The notes under the pieces: model-generated | Told to the model about the DNA's origin: nothing | The model's input: only the letters and a program-made list of their open reading frames with translations | Databases searched by the model: none | NCBI RefSeq assembly: GCF_000011205.1 | Contig: NC_003106.2 | Span: 2,509,938-2,533,937, forward strand | DNA: 24,000 nucleotides | Source: Sulfurisphaera tokodaii str. 7 | Lineage (GTDB): Archaea > Thermoproteota > Thermoprotei_A > Sulfolobales > Sulfolobaceae | Direction: 5' to 3' | Made by a program: the position numbers and the translations under genes | Shown here: piece by piece, positions 14,991 to 24,000 of the stretch | How positions within the stretch are numbered: the first letter of the stretch is position 1 | Layout of the letters: each line of letters opens with the position of its first letter

Positions 14991-15911
14991 ATGGGAGCAA
15001 AAAATGCAATAAAAAAATATAATAAAATAGTAAAAAGAAAAGGACTTGCGGGTTTAGACACTGCAATAATATTAATAGCATTTATTATTACAGCATCAGT
15101 ATTAGCGTATGTTGCAATAAATATGGGATTATTTGTAACGCAGAAGGCTAAATCTACCATAAATAAGGGCGAAGAGACAGCTTCTACTGCGCTAACTTTA
15201 TCTGGTTCTGTATTATACGCAGTAAACTATCCTACTAATACTAAGAGTTACTGGATATTCTTTACAGTGTCGCCAAGCTCTGGAGTATCTAGTGTTGAAT
15301 TGTCTCCAGCTACTACAGCAATATCATTTACAGCATCTACGGAAGGTATAGCTTATTCGAATATATACAAGTATACATTATTAACTGTATCTCCATCAAC
15401 ATTAAGTGATGTTGTATACTCCAATAGCCAATATCTGAGTTTAGTAGATACTGAATCAAGCGGTGGTCAAACTTATGTGTATTATCCAAATCCATATTAT
15501 GCATTACTAGCACTTAATTACACCTTATCTCAGAAGGTAAACGATAAAATTATAAAATATTCACCATTATTCATAAATTATACGCCAATACCAACTAAGC
15601 CTTCATGGTTACAAAGTGATAATGTGTTCTCATTTACTCTTAATATCAGCGGTAAACCTGTTACCTATTGTGCATTTGTTAATCAAACATTTGCATTTAC
15701 TTATCCGGTAGCAGGTGACCCTCTAGTAGGTAGTGCAATAGCACCGGCAGGGTCTGTAATAGGTGTGATGATATTATTTGGTCCTAGTCTGGGCAGTCAT
15801 GTATTTCAATATCAAACAATAAGTATACAAATATCGCCTAATATAGGATCACCATTAACATTAAGCGAATATATATACCAGCCTGAAGGCACTGTTACCG
15901 TAATAGGATAA
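14991..15911 (+). CDS. arlB: Archaellin (major archaellum filament protein)
   Basis: The class III signal peptide and conserved N-terminus 'KRKG|LAGLDTAIILIAFIITASVLAYVAINMGLFVTQKAKSTINKGEETASTA' are present. It is the first gene of the arl operon. Confidence 0.95.
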   Translation: MGAKNAIKKYNKIVKRKGLAGLDTAIILIAFIITASVLAYVAINMGLFVTQKAKSTINKGEETASTALTLSGSVLYAVNYPTNTKSYWIFFTVSPSSGVSSVELSPATTAISFTASTEGIAYSNIYKYTLLTVSPSTLSDVVYSNSQYLSLVDTESSGGQTYVYYPNPYYALLALNYTLSQKVNDKIIKYSPLFINYTPIPTKPSWLQSDNVFSFTLNISGKPVTYCAFVNQTFAFTYPVAGDPLVGSAIAPAGSVIGVMILFGPSLGSHVFQYQTISIQISPNIGSPLTLSEYIYQPEGTVTVIG

Positions 15912-15943
15912 GAAAACTTTAAAAGGTAAATAAGGTGAGTAAA

Positions 15944-15950
15944 TTTTTTT
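15944..15950 (+). terminator. T7 tract after arlB (candidate partial terminator/attenuator)
   Basis: TTTTTTT lies 33 nt after the arlB stop. Archaeal RNA polymerase terminates at oligo-T tracts. Partial termination would give excess arlB mRNA over the downstream genes. Confidence 0.3.
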
Positions 15951-15976
15951 ATTTTAAAATTTAAAGGGGGTGTAAA

Positions 15977-16717
15977 TTGATAGGTTTAAATTTCCAACAA
16001 ATTATTGACTCTACTCTATTCATATTACTTGTAACTATAAGTATTCCTTTAACAGCTTTCTTCATATTACTTTTTAAGGTAATTTTACCTAAGACTTCTA
16101 AACCTAAAACACTTCAACAGCCTCCACCACCAGAGCAAGTTCCTCAGCAACAGCAACAACAAGAGAAAAATCAGCAATTAGAGGAAACGTTTAAAACATT
16201 AATAAATAAGATTGACAAATACCAAAGTGACCTAGTAAATGTGATAAATACTTCTATGAATGATTTAAAACAAATGATACAGAGTATGAATTCATCAATA
16301 GAGGATGTCGTATTATCTTTAAAGGCTTCGCAAGCAGATTCAACTTCGCCTTTTAATATTATAACTAAGGAAAGCAATGAAAGCCAAAAACCTGAAGGTG
16401 CTAAAAGTTTAAAGGCGGTAGCTGAAATTGTTGGAACATCAAATATAGACCTTACAAGCTTCGTTAGAAATTGTGTATTATTAGAAGTTTTAGAGTATGA
16501 TGATTCTAAAATAACGGCGTTATATGAATTAGGTTATATTTCTGCTGATGATATGTACATACTTATGAAGATTCAATCATATATTAGAGCTAACAATGGG
16601 AAGATCAGAGCTAAGGAATTGGCAAGTATCGCTATGAATGTGGCTGAAAGTTATTCAGCAATAACTGCAGATATGAAGAAGTATTTGCTGGTATTGGAGG
16701 CGAATAAGAATGGTTAA
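15977..16717 (+). CDS. arlX: Crenarchaeal archaellum ring protein ArlX (FlaX)
   Basis: A TTG start is preceded by AAGGGGGTG (SD). It has an N-terminal TM helix followed by coiled-coil-like sequence. Its position between arlB and arlG is as in Sulfolobales. Confidence 0.8.
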   Translation: MIGLNFQQIIDSTLFILLVTISIPLTAFFILLFKVILPKTSKPKTLQQPPPPEQVPQQQQQQEKNQQLEETFKTLINKIDKYQSDLVNVINTSMNDLKQMIQSMNSSIEDVVLSLKASQADSTSPFNIITKESNESQKPEGAKSLKAVAEIVGTSNIDLTSFVRNCVLLEVLEYDDSKITALYELGYISADDMYILMKIQSYIRANNGKIRAKELASIAMNVAESYSAITADMKKYLLVLEANKNG

Positions 16718-17174
16718 TGAAGCGATAAGTGAGTCCATAATGATAATAGTAAGCATAGTCTTAATAGGGGCATTGGCCGGTGTTGTTTTTTCTCTAGTAT
16801 CTTCTATATCAACAAGTATGATGTCCTACGGTTTATTAGAATCTCAGAAGTTAGTTACGAATTTACAGATAGATTATGCCACTAACACAAGCCCTACTAC
16901 TGTAGTAGTTTATCTGCAAAACGTGGGAGAATCTACAATATTTAATTTGGAGCAGAGTGTATTATATTTTGGCCCAGAGGGAAGTTTACAACAAATAGGA
17001 TACAATACTGGCACACCACCCTATTGGACTGTTAATACTAATACTTTATATCCAGGATCAGTTGCCAAAATTACTATCTATTTGTCCTCACCTTTATCCT
17101 CAAACCAATATTACACTGTTGAGATATATACTCCTAATGGATATTCAGTAAGTTATACTTTTGGGGTGAGTTAA
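16710..17174 (+). CDS. arlG: Archaellum stator-like protein ArlG (FlaG)
   Basis: It has the N-terminal TM 'IMIIVSIVLIGALAGVVFSLV' followed by a beta-rich domain. It overlaps arlX by 8 nt, and operon order supports the call. Confidence 0.8.
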   Translation: MVNEAISESIMIIVSIVLIGALAGVVFSLVSSISTSMMSYGLLESQKLVTNLQIDYATNTSPTTVVVYLQNVGESTIFNLEQSVLYFGPEGSLQQIGYNTGTPPYWTVNTNTLYPGSVAKITIYLSSPLSSNQYYTVEIYTPNGYSVSYTFGVS

Positions 17175-17176
17175 AA

Positions 17177-17665
17177 ATGAGTTTTTCACTTATTTTAACA
17201 TATGCTTTTCTAATTTTTATCTCAGTCTCATTAGCTCTTATTCTCTTAAGTACATATATTAGAAATCAACAACTTTTGACTTACTCAGAAGAAATTCAAC
17301 AGAGAATTGAGTTAAATGAATTAAATACAAAAATATTAATAAAAAGCGTTTATGTAAGTAATAATCTTGTATATGTAACAGTAACTAATAACGGCTCAAC
17401 TACCTTCTATGATTTTAAATCATTCGTAGTTATTGTGAAATATTATGCTAATATTAGTAATGTATCAACACTAATACTTTCTCAATATAACTATTCAACT
17501 GTATTGGCACCTTATAAATGGACATCTAGTGCGGTAGTAATTCCACCAGATAGTAATGCCGTTTTTACTATTGATTTACCTTATCCTCCTTATCCAAATA
17601 CTAAGGCTACAATTGTTATATCTACTAATTATGGTAATGAGGCTATATGGAGGGGTATACTGTGA
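17177..17665 (+). CDS. arlF: Archaellum stator-like protein ArlF (FlaF)
   Basis: It has an N-terminal TM followed by a beta-sandwich-like domain. A GGGGTGAG SD lies upstream, and operon order supports the call. Confidence 0.8.
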   Translation: MSFSLILTYAFLIFISVSLALILLSTYIRNQQLLTYSEEIQQRIELNELNTKILIKSVYVSNNLVYVTVTNNGSTTFYDFKSFVVIVKYYANISNVSTLILSQYNYSTVLAPYKWTSSAVVIPPDSNAVFTIDLPYPPYPNTKATIVISTNYGNEAIWRGIL

Positions 17666-18351
17666 TTATAAAGACTGGAAATGAGGATTTAGATAGGCGA
17701 TTAACTGGTTTACCCTTTCCAGCCTTAATCATGATTGAAGGAGATCACGGAACTGGCAAAAGTGTGTTAGCTGCACAAATATGTTATGGATTGTTAATTT
17801 CTGATAAAAAAGGTTATGTAATAACTACTGAACAAACTACTAAGGATTATTTAGTGAAAATGAGGGATGTAAAAATAAACTTAATCCCCTTTTTTATAAA
17901 GGGTAGCCTTGGAGTAGCTCCGTTAAATACAAATAAATTTAACTGGAATTCAGATTTAGCTAATAAGATTCTTGATTTGATTATAGATTTTGTGAAAAAG
18001 AGAAAAAATATTGAGTTTCTAATTATAGATAGTTTGTCTGTATTAGCGACTTTTGCTGAGGAGAGACAAATATTACAATTTATGAAAGAGTCTAGGGTTT
18101 TAGTAGATTTAGGAAAATTAATACTTTTTACAATTCATCCAGATGTATTTAGTGAAGAAATAAAAAGTAGAATTACTAGTATAGTTGATGTTTATTTTAA
18201 ATTATCAGCTGTTACCATAGGTGGTAGAAGGATTAAAGTATTAGAGAGAGTAAAGACGGTAGGTGGTATTCAAGGTTCCGATACAATATCTTTTGATATA
18301 GATCCGGCCTTAGGAATTAAAGTAATTCCGTTATCCTTATCGAGGGCGTAG
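17647..18351 (+). CDS. arlH: RecA/KaiC-like ATP-binding archaellum protein ArlH (FlaH)
   Basis: '[12 protein letters not shown]' is the Walker A and 'FLIIDSLS' is Walker B-like. The likely true start is GTG 17662, which forms a GTGA overlap with the arlF stop and has GGAGGGG upstream. Confidence 0.9.
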   Translation: MEGYTVIIKTGNEDLDRRLTGLPFPALIMIEGDHGTGKSVLAAQICYGLLISDKKGYVITTEQTTKDYLVKMRDVKINLIPFFIKGSLGVAPLNTNKFNWNSDLANKILDLIIDFVKKRKNIEFLIIDSLSVLATFAEERQILQFMKESRVLVDLGKLILFTIHPDVFSEEIKSRITSIVDVYFKLSAVTIGGRRIKVLERVKTVGGIQGSDTISFDIDPALGIKVIPLSLSRA

Positions 18352-18353
18352 CT

Positions 18354-19895
18354 ATGAGCTTTGTTAATGATTATATAGGGAATTTAAAGGAAAAACCTAT
18401 TTTAGTTGATAATCCCAATTCTCTAAAAGGATCTAAGAGTTATAATGCAATATATAAAGTAGACGATAACATCTATATACATGTTCAAAGTTTACAATCT
18501 GAAGATGGATATAATCAATATACTGTAATTGAACCACCAAGGCCTAAACCAGAAGAGATGGAGGAAATTGAGGAAAGATTTGCTAAAGTGATAGGAGATA
18601 AAGATCCTCCAATAACTATTGAAGAGAAAGAAAAATTTATTATACAAAAATTAGAAAAAATATTAAGTAAGATGAAATTATCAGTAGCTAAAGAATATGT
18701 TATTTATCATTTTATACGAGATAAATTATATTTAGGAATAATCGAACCACTAATTAGAGATCCCTATATTGAAGATATATCCCTACCAGGGTTAGGTCAT
18801 ATATACATAGTGCATAAAGTTTTTGGTCCAATGAGAACATCAATAAAAATAGAAAAAGAAGAAGAATTAGATGATTTGATTATATCCCTAAGTGAGAAGA
18901 CATATAGACCGGTATCTCATAATAGGCCTATTGTTGACGCAAGTTTACCGGATGGTTCTAGAGTAAATTTTGTTTATGGAATAGATGTAAGTAGAAGAGG
19001 TTCGAATTTAACTATTAGAAAATTCAGTAAAGTTCCAATAAGTATAACCCAGTTAATATCTTTCGGTACTATGTCTCCACTATTAGCTGGTTATATTTGG
19101 ATGATGTTAGATGAAGGTATGAATTTATTTGTATGCGGTGAAACTGCTTCTGGTAAAACTACGACCTTAAATGCAATTACTGCATTTATTCCGCCAAATT
19201 TAAAAATAATTACGATTGAAGATACGCCGGAGTTAACTGTTCCTCATTCTAACTGGGTTGCGGAAGTGACTAGGGAAACTGGAGGAGAAGGTACAATAAA
19301 ACTATTTGACTTGCTAAAAGCTGCTTTAAGGCAAAGACCAAACTATATTCTCGTTGGCGAGATAAGAGATAAAGAAGGAAACGTGGCTTTTCAAGCTATG
19401 CAAACTGGTCATTCGGTAATGGCAACATTCCACGCTGCAAACATAACAACTTTAATACAAAGACTTACAGGATATCCGATAGAAGTGCCAAAAACTTATA
19501 TTAATAATCTTAATATAGCTTTATTTCAGACAGCATTATATGATAAAAAAGGGAATCTGATTAGAAGAGTTATTGAAGTTGATGAGATAATTGACGTAGA
19601 TCCTGCTACCAATGATGTAATTTACATACCTTCATTCACTTATGATGCAACAGAAGATAAAATAATTTTTGCAGGAAGAGGTTCATCATATTTAATAGAA
19701 AATAAAATAGCAATAAGAAGGGGAGTTAGTAGGAAAAATATTGGAATTCTCTATGATGAATTAAACTTAAGGGCTGAATTTCTTAGAATTTTAGTTGAAA
19801 AAAAGATATTTAATTATTTTGATGTATGGGAATATATTCTTAGAGCGAGACAATTAGGCCTAGAGGAGGCAGTTAGATATGTTAAAAATATTTAA
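18354..19895 (+). CDS. arlI: Archaellum motor/assembly ATPase ArlI (FlaI), type II/IV secretion ATPase family
   Basis: Walker A 'GETASGKTT', Walker B/Asp-box '[11 protein letters not shown]' and His-box '[10 protein letters not shown]' are present. The length is 513 aa. Confidence 0.95.
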   Translation: MSFVNDYIGNLKEKPILVDNPNSLKGSKSYNAIYKVDDNIYIHVQSLQSEDGYNQYTVIEPPRPKPEEMEEIEERFAKVIGDKDPPITIEEKEKFIIQKLEKILSKMKLSVAKEYVIYHFIRDKLYLGIIEPLIRDPYIEDISLPGLGHIYIVHKVFGPMRTSIKIEKEEELDDLIISLSEKTYRPVSHNRPIVDASLPDGSRVNFVYGIDVSRRGSNLTIRKFSKVPISITQLISFGTMSPLLAGYIWMMLDEGMNLFVCGETASGKTTTLNAITAFIPPNLKIITIEDTPELTVPHSNWVAEVTRETGGEGTIKLFDLLKAALRQRPNYILVGEIRDKEGNVAFQAMQTGHSVMATFHAANITTLIQRLTGYPIEVPKTYINNLNIALFQTALYDKKGNLIRRVIEVDEIIDVDPATNDVIYIPSFTYDATEDKIIFAGRGSSYLIENKIAIRRGVSRKNIGILYDELNLRAEFLRILVEKKIFNYFDVWEYILRARQLGLEEAVRYVKNI

Positions 19896-21300
19896 CAAGA
19901 GAGATGAAGTAGATTCAAAATACATATTTATGATAGCTTATATGTTAGCATTGTTTTCATCGGGAGTTCCACCAGAAATAGTTATTCTTCATCTATCTAG
20001 AGAAAATTCATTTGAACCTTACGTCAAATTTATAAAAAAGATAAAAAATCTAGTGTCAGGATATAGGTATAAATTCTCGTCAGCAATATCGTTTACGACT
20101 AAAACTATTAATATTAGATATTTAAAAGAATTCCTAATAAGATTCTCACAAGCTGTTACATTTGGAGATGATATGGTAGAATTTCTGACTAGAGAGATAG
20201 ACTTCTCATTATCTGAATATAACGCATCCTCCACTAGATTAATAGAATCAATGAATAACTTTCTTACGGTTTATGCTACTTTAAATAGCTCTCTCACGTT
20301 TTTAGTAGCTGATATGACAATATTATCTTTAATTTACGGTGGTGGAACTGCATTAATAGTACAACTTGCAATACTGTCCTTTGTACTATTAGGAAATTTA
20401 ACTGTTGTAATGTATATGTTATATAGACCAGAAAGTTATATGAGATATGGTAAAAAAGATAAAACTATTCTGTTTTTATCCATAATGATACCTGTTTTGT
20501 TATCATTTATATTTACCTCATATATAACGTTGTTAATAATAGGCATAATACTAGCAATCATCGGGTTTAGATATAAAACATTTGAGAACAAAATTTATAA
20601 TATAGAGAGACATTACATACTTTTTATAAGATATTTTTCTAGAAATTATGCAATAGTAGGTAACTTAAAAGAATCACTGATTGCTGTATTAAGAGGAGAT
20701 TTAGGTGATGTGAAACCATTAATAAAAAGGGCTATAAATAGACTTTATCTAGGTATAAATAAAGAAAAAGTATTCAAATTAATAGGTGATGAAAGTAAAA
20801 GTGTTCTAGTGAGTATGTTAACTAAGGTTATATATGAAACAATAACTATGGGTGGAAATATTTTAGTTGTAGGAGAGATCTTAAGTAAGATAGGTGATTC
20901 AATATTAAATATAAGAGCTAGGAAAGAGCAAAATGGAAGAGCGTTCGAGACTTCAATTTATGCATTACAAACTGCCTCGGCAGGAATATCAGCTGCATTA
21001 ATATCTATTGTAGGAATTTTAAGTAGTATATTTTCAATAGGGGCTGTATCTACAGTTTTTAACTTTACGCCAGTAAATGTAGATTTAATATCCAAAATAT
21101 TGCTTATCATTATATTAATTTTAAGCTTTGCAAATGGGATTGCAATCACATTAGCTTATGGAAGATCCATATATGCGGGCCTATACTTTATAGGAATATT
21201 ATTAATACTAAGTTCAATAACTTATCATATAGTCCTAATACTTACTGGGGATATATTTAGGGAGTTATCCTCTCCATCAGGAGTCTTACATGTTCCTTAG
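19879..21300 (+). CDS. arlJ: Archaellum polytopic membrane platform protein ArlJ (FlaJ)
   Basis: It overlaps arlI by 17 nt. It is 473 aa, with cytoplasmic helical domains alternating with TM clusters (PilC/TadC-like organisation). Confidence 0.9.
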   Translation: MLKIFNKRDEVDSKYIFMIAYMLALFSSGVPPEIVILHLSRENSFEPYVKFIKKIKNLVSGYRYKFSSAISFTTKTINIRYLKEFLIRFSQAVTFGDDMVEFLTREIDFSLSEYNASSTRLIESMNNFLTVYATLNSSLTFLVADMTILSLIYGGGTALIVQLAILSFVLLGNLTVVMYMLYRPESYMRYGKKDKTILFLSIMIPVLLSFIFTSYITLLIIGIILAIIGFRYKTFENKIYNIERHYILFIRYFSRNYAIVGNLKESLIAVLRGDLGDVKPLIKRAINRLYLGINKEKVFKLIGDESKSVLVSMLTKVIYETITMGGNILVVGEILSKIGDSILNIRARKEQNGRAFETSIYALQTASAGISAALISIVGILSSIFSIGAVSTVFNFTPVNVDLISKILLIIILILSFANGIAITLAYGRSIYAGLYFIGILLILSSITYHIVLILTGDIFRELSSPSGVLHVP

Positions 21301-21819
21301 GTTTTCCTAAATATCTCTCAAAAAATTACGTAAATACGATTTTTGAATAGGAAAGATTAGGCCCAGCAACAAAAAAAAAACAAATTTAAAAAAATTCCAT
21401 ATACAGATATAATTTCATAAATTATTATGGAAAGGATTAATTGTTAAACTATATCTATTTATGTATTTTAACTAGTTATAATCACGTATTAATGGGTACG
21501 AGTTTTTCAAAAATTGTGTCCTTATTTTATTCTATTTTTTATCATATACAAATTTTATTATATAATCTCTGCAAAAATTACCAAGTTCTAAAAAGGTAAG
21601 TAAAGATACTAATTTGCCTGTTATTGATACTCCAATAAATAACCATGCCCAAAACTTTGTTTTAAATCCGCCTAGTATTGATGCAGCGGAAATGTTTATT
21701 TTTACCATATATAAAAACAAGAGATGCAAGATGCGATTACATCAAGTAGTGCTAAGAAGATCTGATACTTAAAAACTTAATAGAAATTAGCAGATAAGTA
21801 AGTAGTTAAGTTAATAAAG

Positions 21820-21846
21820 TCACTAGGTTAGAATATCACTAGGTTA
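21820..21846 (+). repeat. Perfect 11-nt direct repeat TCACTAGGTTA x2 (period 16) next to a TATA-like box
   Basis: The copies lie at 21820-21830 and 21836-21846 and are followed by TTATAAATTTA (21844-21854). The site is in the spacer between the convergent arlJ and malA 3' ends. Confidence 0.5.
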
Positions 21847-22040
21847 TAAATTTATGAAAACGAATCGTATATTTCGATGGCTAGATTTAGTGCTCTATAG
21901 GGTATATTCACTATAAGGATAGTATATACTTTAATGATAGCATTATAGAATATAGTAGCGTGAGTAAAAATGCTTATATAACTCAAAATAATTCAAAAAG
22001 AACGTAAAATCTAACTCTTGAATGAACACTGTGTCGTTAC

Positions 22041-23966
22041 TTACAAGCTAATTTGAGTAATAACTTTATCTACTTTGACTATTCCAAATTCACTTATAAT
22101 ATTTCTAACATATGTTGGTGAGTTAAACGTTATTTTCTTCTCTTTCCTTGCAGCCTTACCCTTAATCTCACCGTCACCAAAAGAAACTATATCGCCATCA
22201 TCTAACTGTATTAAACTTCCTTCCCTTATATATATCGGTAAATTGCTCTTACTATTCACCCAACCTTCACTTATTTCTTGATTCCAGAACTCCATCCACT
22301 TACTCTTTCTTGGTAAATAGACTATCCTCTTATCACTTTTCTCTATGATAGGAGCATAAAGTACATGTTTACCAACCAAGTATTCATCATCAATCCTATA
22401 TGTATTTTCGTCATCTGGAAACTCATAAAACAGTGGTCTAATTATAGGATGTCCAGTTTCATGTGCTTCTATAGCTAAAGAATATATGTAACTTAAAAAG
22501 TTGTACCTAGTTTCTATCACTCTTTTCACTCTCTCTTTATAATAATCTGGCAGAAAAGTCGGTTCTGTGTCTATCCCGTCTTTACCCTTGTGTGTTCTAA
22601 ACATCGGAAAGAACATTGCAATCTCAAAGTACTTAACCAGTAATTCTAACGAGTTATCTATCTTTTCAAACCCTCTACCCTGGAAACCACCAATATCAAT
22701 CCCTATATAGGCTATTCCAGAAATTGATAAGCCAAGGATCAACTGTAGTTGTAGTTTTAAGTCATCCCATGATGGCGTATTATCACCTGTCCAAATACCG
22801 GCAAACTTTTGTATTCCAGCATAACCGCCCCTAGTGAGTATGAACACTTCTTCTTTGTTCTTAAATCCCTCATACGTTGCCATAGCCTCGTAATAGGGAT
22901 AAGCATTCCTAACCAATTCGTGGTATACTTTTTTGCCTTTATGATAATGGATTACATTCTTAGGAAAGGCTAATAATAATCTATCTCCACCCTCTTTATA
23001 CTGTGAGAAGTCTGTTGGTTCGTTCATATCTAACCAGATACCATCAATACCTTGGCTTAACCATTTACTAATTAACTCACTCCACCACTTCCTAGTTTCT
23101 TCTCTAAAGAAATCCGGATATACTGAGTTACCAGGCCATAATTTTCCAACAAATAATTCTCCCTTATCAGTCTCACAATACTTACCTAGACCAGACAAAA
23201 ATACGTCATAATTCTGGTCAGCTTTTATTGAGTGATCAACTATTGTTATTATCTTTACACCCCTTCCATGAACTTCTTCAATAAACTTTTTCACATCTGG
23301 AAACTTTTCCTTATCCCAAGTAAATAATTTGTATGAGTCCATATAATCAATATCAAGGAAAATTCCAGTAACTTTGAATTCCTTCATTAAATCAAGTAAC
23401 TTAACTATTTCATCTTGAGGAAAATACGAGAATCTGGAAATTAGATAACCGAAAGCCCACTTTGGGGGTAGATAGGGCTTGCCAGTAACATCTGTATATT
23501 TCTCAATAACCTTTTCTGGTGTTGGACCCTCAAATACGTAAATTTCTACGTCTTTATGTGGTATCGTAATTATGACTTTTGAATAGTGAGTAAAACCAAC
23601 GTCTATAATGACTTTTGAAGCAGAATTTACAAAATATCCGGTAGCTTTTCCCTTGTAAATGGAGATGAAGAAGGGAATATTAGCATATAATGGATCCTGG
23701 AATCTTTTATAAGCCCCCGCGTCTACATTATACATCACGTATCTAAACCTTTTTCTGTCAAGTTCAGTTGCTTTTTCTCCTAAACCAACTATGTGTTCCT
23801 CTAATTCTAATTTCTTTTCTACGACAACGGAATTTTCGCCTTCAATTATTTTTAATCCTTCTGGTATTTTATCTACCCTTTCTCCTTGAAAGTTAAACTC
23901 TACTGGGGGTATTGGATTATTTACTCTTATTCTATAAATCCCATTTCTCTCTTCGACTTCAATCAT
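22041..23966 (-). CDS. malA: GH31 alpha-glucosidase (MalA-like)
   Basis: The nucleophile motif '[15 protein letters not shown]' and the acid/base motif '[20 protein letters not shown]' are present. Blocks such as '[40 protein letters not shown]' are collinear with Sulfolobus MalA. Confidence 0.93.
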   Translation of the reverse strand: MIEVEERNGIYRIRVNNPIPPVEFNFQGERVDKIPEGLKIIEGENSVVVEKKLELEEHIVGLGEKATELDRKRFRYVMYNVDAGAYKRFQDPLYANIPFFISIYKGKATGYFVNSASKVIIDVGFTHYSKVIITIPHKDVEIYVFEGPTPEKVIEKYTDVTGKPYLPPKWAFGYLISRFSYFPQDEIVKLLDLMKEFKVTGIFLDIDYMDSYKLFTWDKEKFPDVKKFIEEVHGRGVKIITIVDHSIKADQNYDVFLSGLGKYCETDKGELFVGKLWPGNSVYPDFFREETRKWWSELISKWLSQGIDGIWLDMNEPTDFSQYKEGGDRLLLAFPKNVIHYHKGKKVYHELVRNAYPYYEAMATYEGFKNKEEVFILTRGGYAGIQKFAGIWTGDNTPSWDDLKLQLQLILGLSISGIAYIGIDIGGFQGRGFEKIDNSLELLVKYFEIAMFFPMFRTHKGKDGIDTEPTFLPDYYKERVKRVIETRYNFLSYIYSLAIEAHETGHPIIRPLFYEFPDDENTYRIDDEYLVGKHVLYAPIIEKSDKRIVYLPRKSKWMEFWNQEISEGWVNSKSNLPIYIREGSLIQLDDGDIVSFGDGEIKGKAARKEKKITFNSPTYVRNIISEFGIVKVDKVITQISL

Positions 23967-24000
23967 AGGTAGAGATTTATGCTGAAAAATAAATCTTTTA

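Noticed and set aside
14894-15160. 88-aa minus-strand ORF overlapping the arlB 5' end and promoter
   Set aside because: It lies antisense to the highly conserved archaellin N-terminus and covers the divergent promoter. It has no SD or TATA at proper spacing. It is most likely a shadow ORF.
16171-16377. 68-aa minus-strand ORF inside arlX. The same applies to 20019-20234 and 20958-21149 inside arlJ, and to 22075-22281 inside malA.
   Set aside because: All are antisense to well-supported genes in a tightly packed operon or enzyme gene.
21532-21729. 65-aa minus-strand ORF with two hydrophobic stretches in the arlJ-malA spacer
   Set aside because: The ORF-track start is a TTG. The first ATG (21708) has an AT-rich box only ~6 nt upstream, which is the wrong spacing, and no SD. 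It cannot be excluded as a micro-membrane protein, but it is not supportable from sequence alone.
1-24000. CRISPR array or cas genes, rRNA, intact IS element
   Set aside because: I noticed no regularly spaced 24-37-nt repeats, no Cas-like ORFs, no rRNA-like conserved stretches and no transposase ORF with terminal inverted repeats anywhere in the window.

Overview
AT-rich crenarchaeal (Sulfolobales-type) chromosome segment. I found no rRNA, tRNA or CRISPR array. From left to right: (1) nt 1-1950 looks like the end of a mobile-element-like block. It holds a two-tyrosine HUH rolling-circle Rep (frame open to the window edge), a translationally coupled 200-aa protein with a TGT/DpdA-like motif, and a GC-rich triple stem-loop. 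(2) nt 2071-7900 holds housekeeping or accessory enzymes: a PBP-fold protein plus a creatininase-family hydrolase, a small wHTH protein, a Cys-less isochorismatase-like protein, an ABC ATPase with a 444-aa polytopic partner, and a dienelactone hydrolase. (3) nt 7901-9815 is a 1.9-kb stretch with no ORF of 60 aa or more. Its right half reads like decayed coding sequence. (4) nt 9816-14884 is a minus-strand block that diverges from the archaellin promoter. It holds an RHH protein, a ParA/MinD-type ATPase, a small membrane protein, two N-glycosylation-sequon-dense C-terminally anchored proteins, an ArnR-type membrane-bound double-wHTH regulator, a bitopic 127-aa protein and a 488-aa Cys-free GT-C-like polytopic protein. 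(5) nt 14991-21300 is a complete crenarchaeal archaellum operon, arlB-arlX-arlG-arlF-arlH-arlI-arlJ. (6) nt 21301-22040 is a 740-nt convergent spacer with an 11-nt direct repeat, followed by a GH31 alpha-glucosidase (MalA-like) on the minus strand. The best candidate for an undescribed system is the tightly coupled membrane-protein, ArnR-like and ParA-like block at 10188-14884, head-to-head with arlB. All functional calls rest on motif recognition by eye. No database search was possible.
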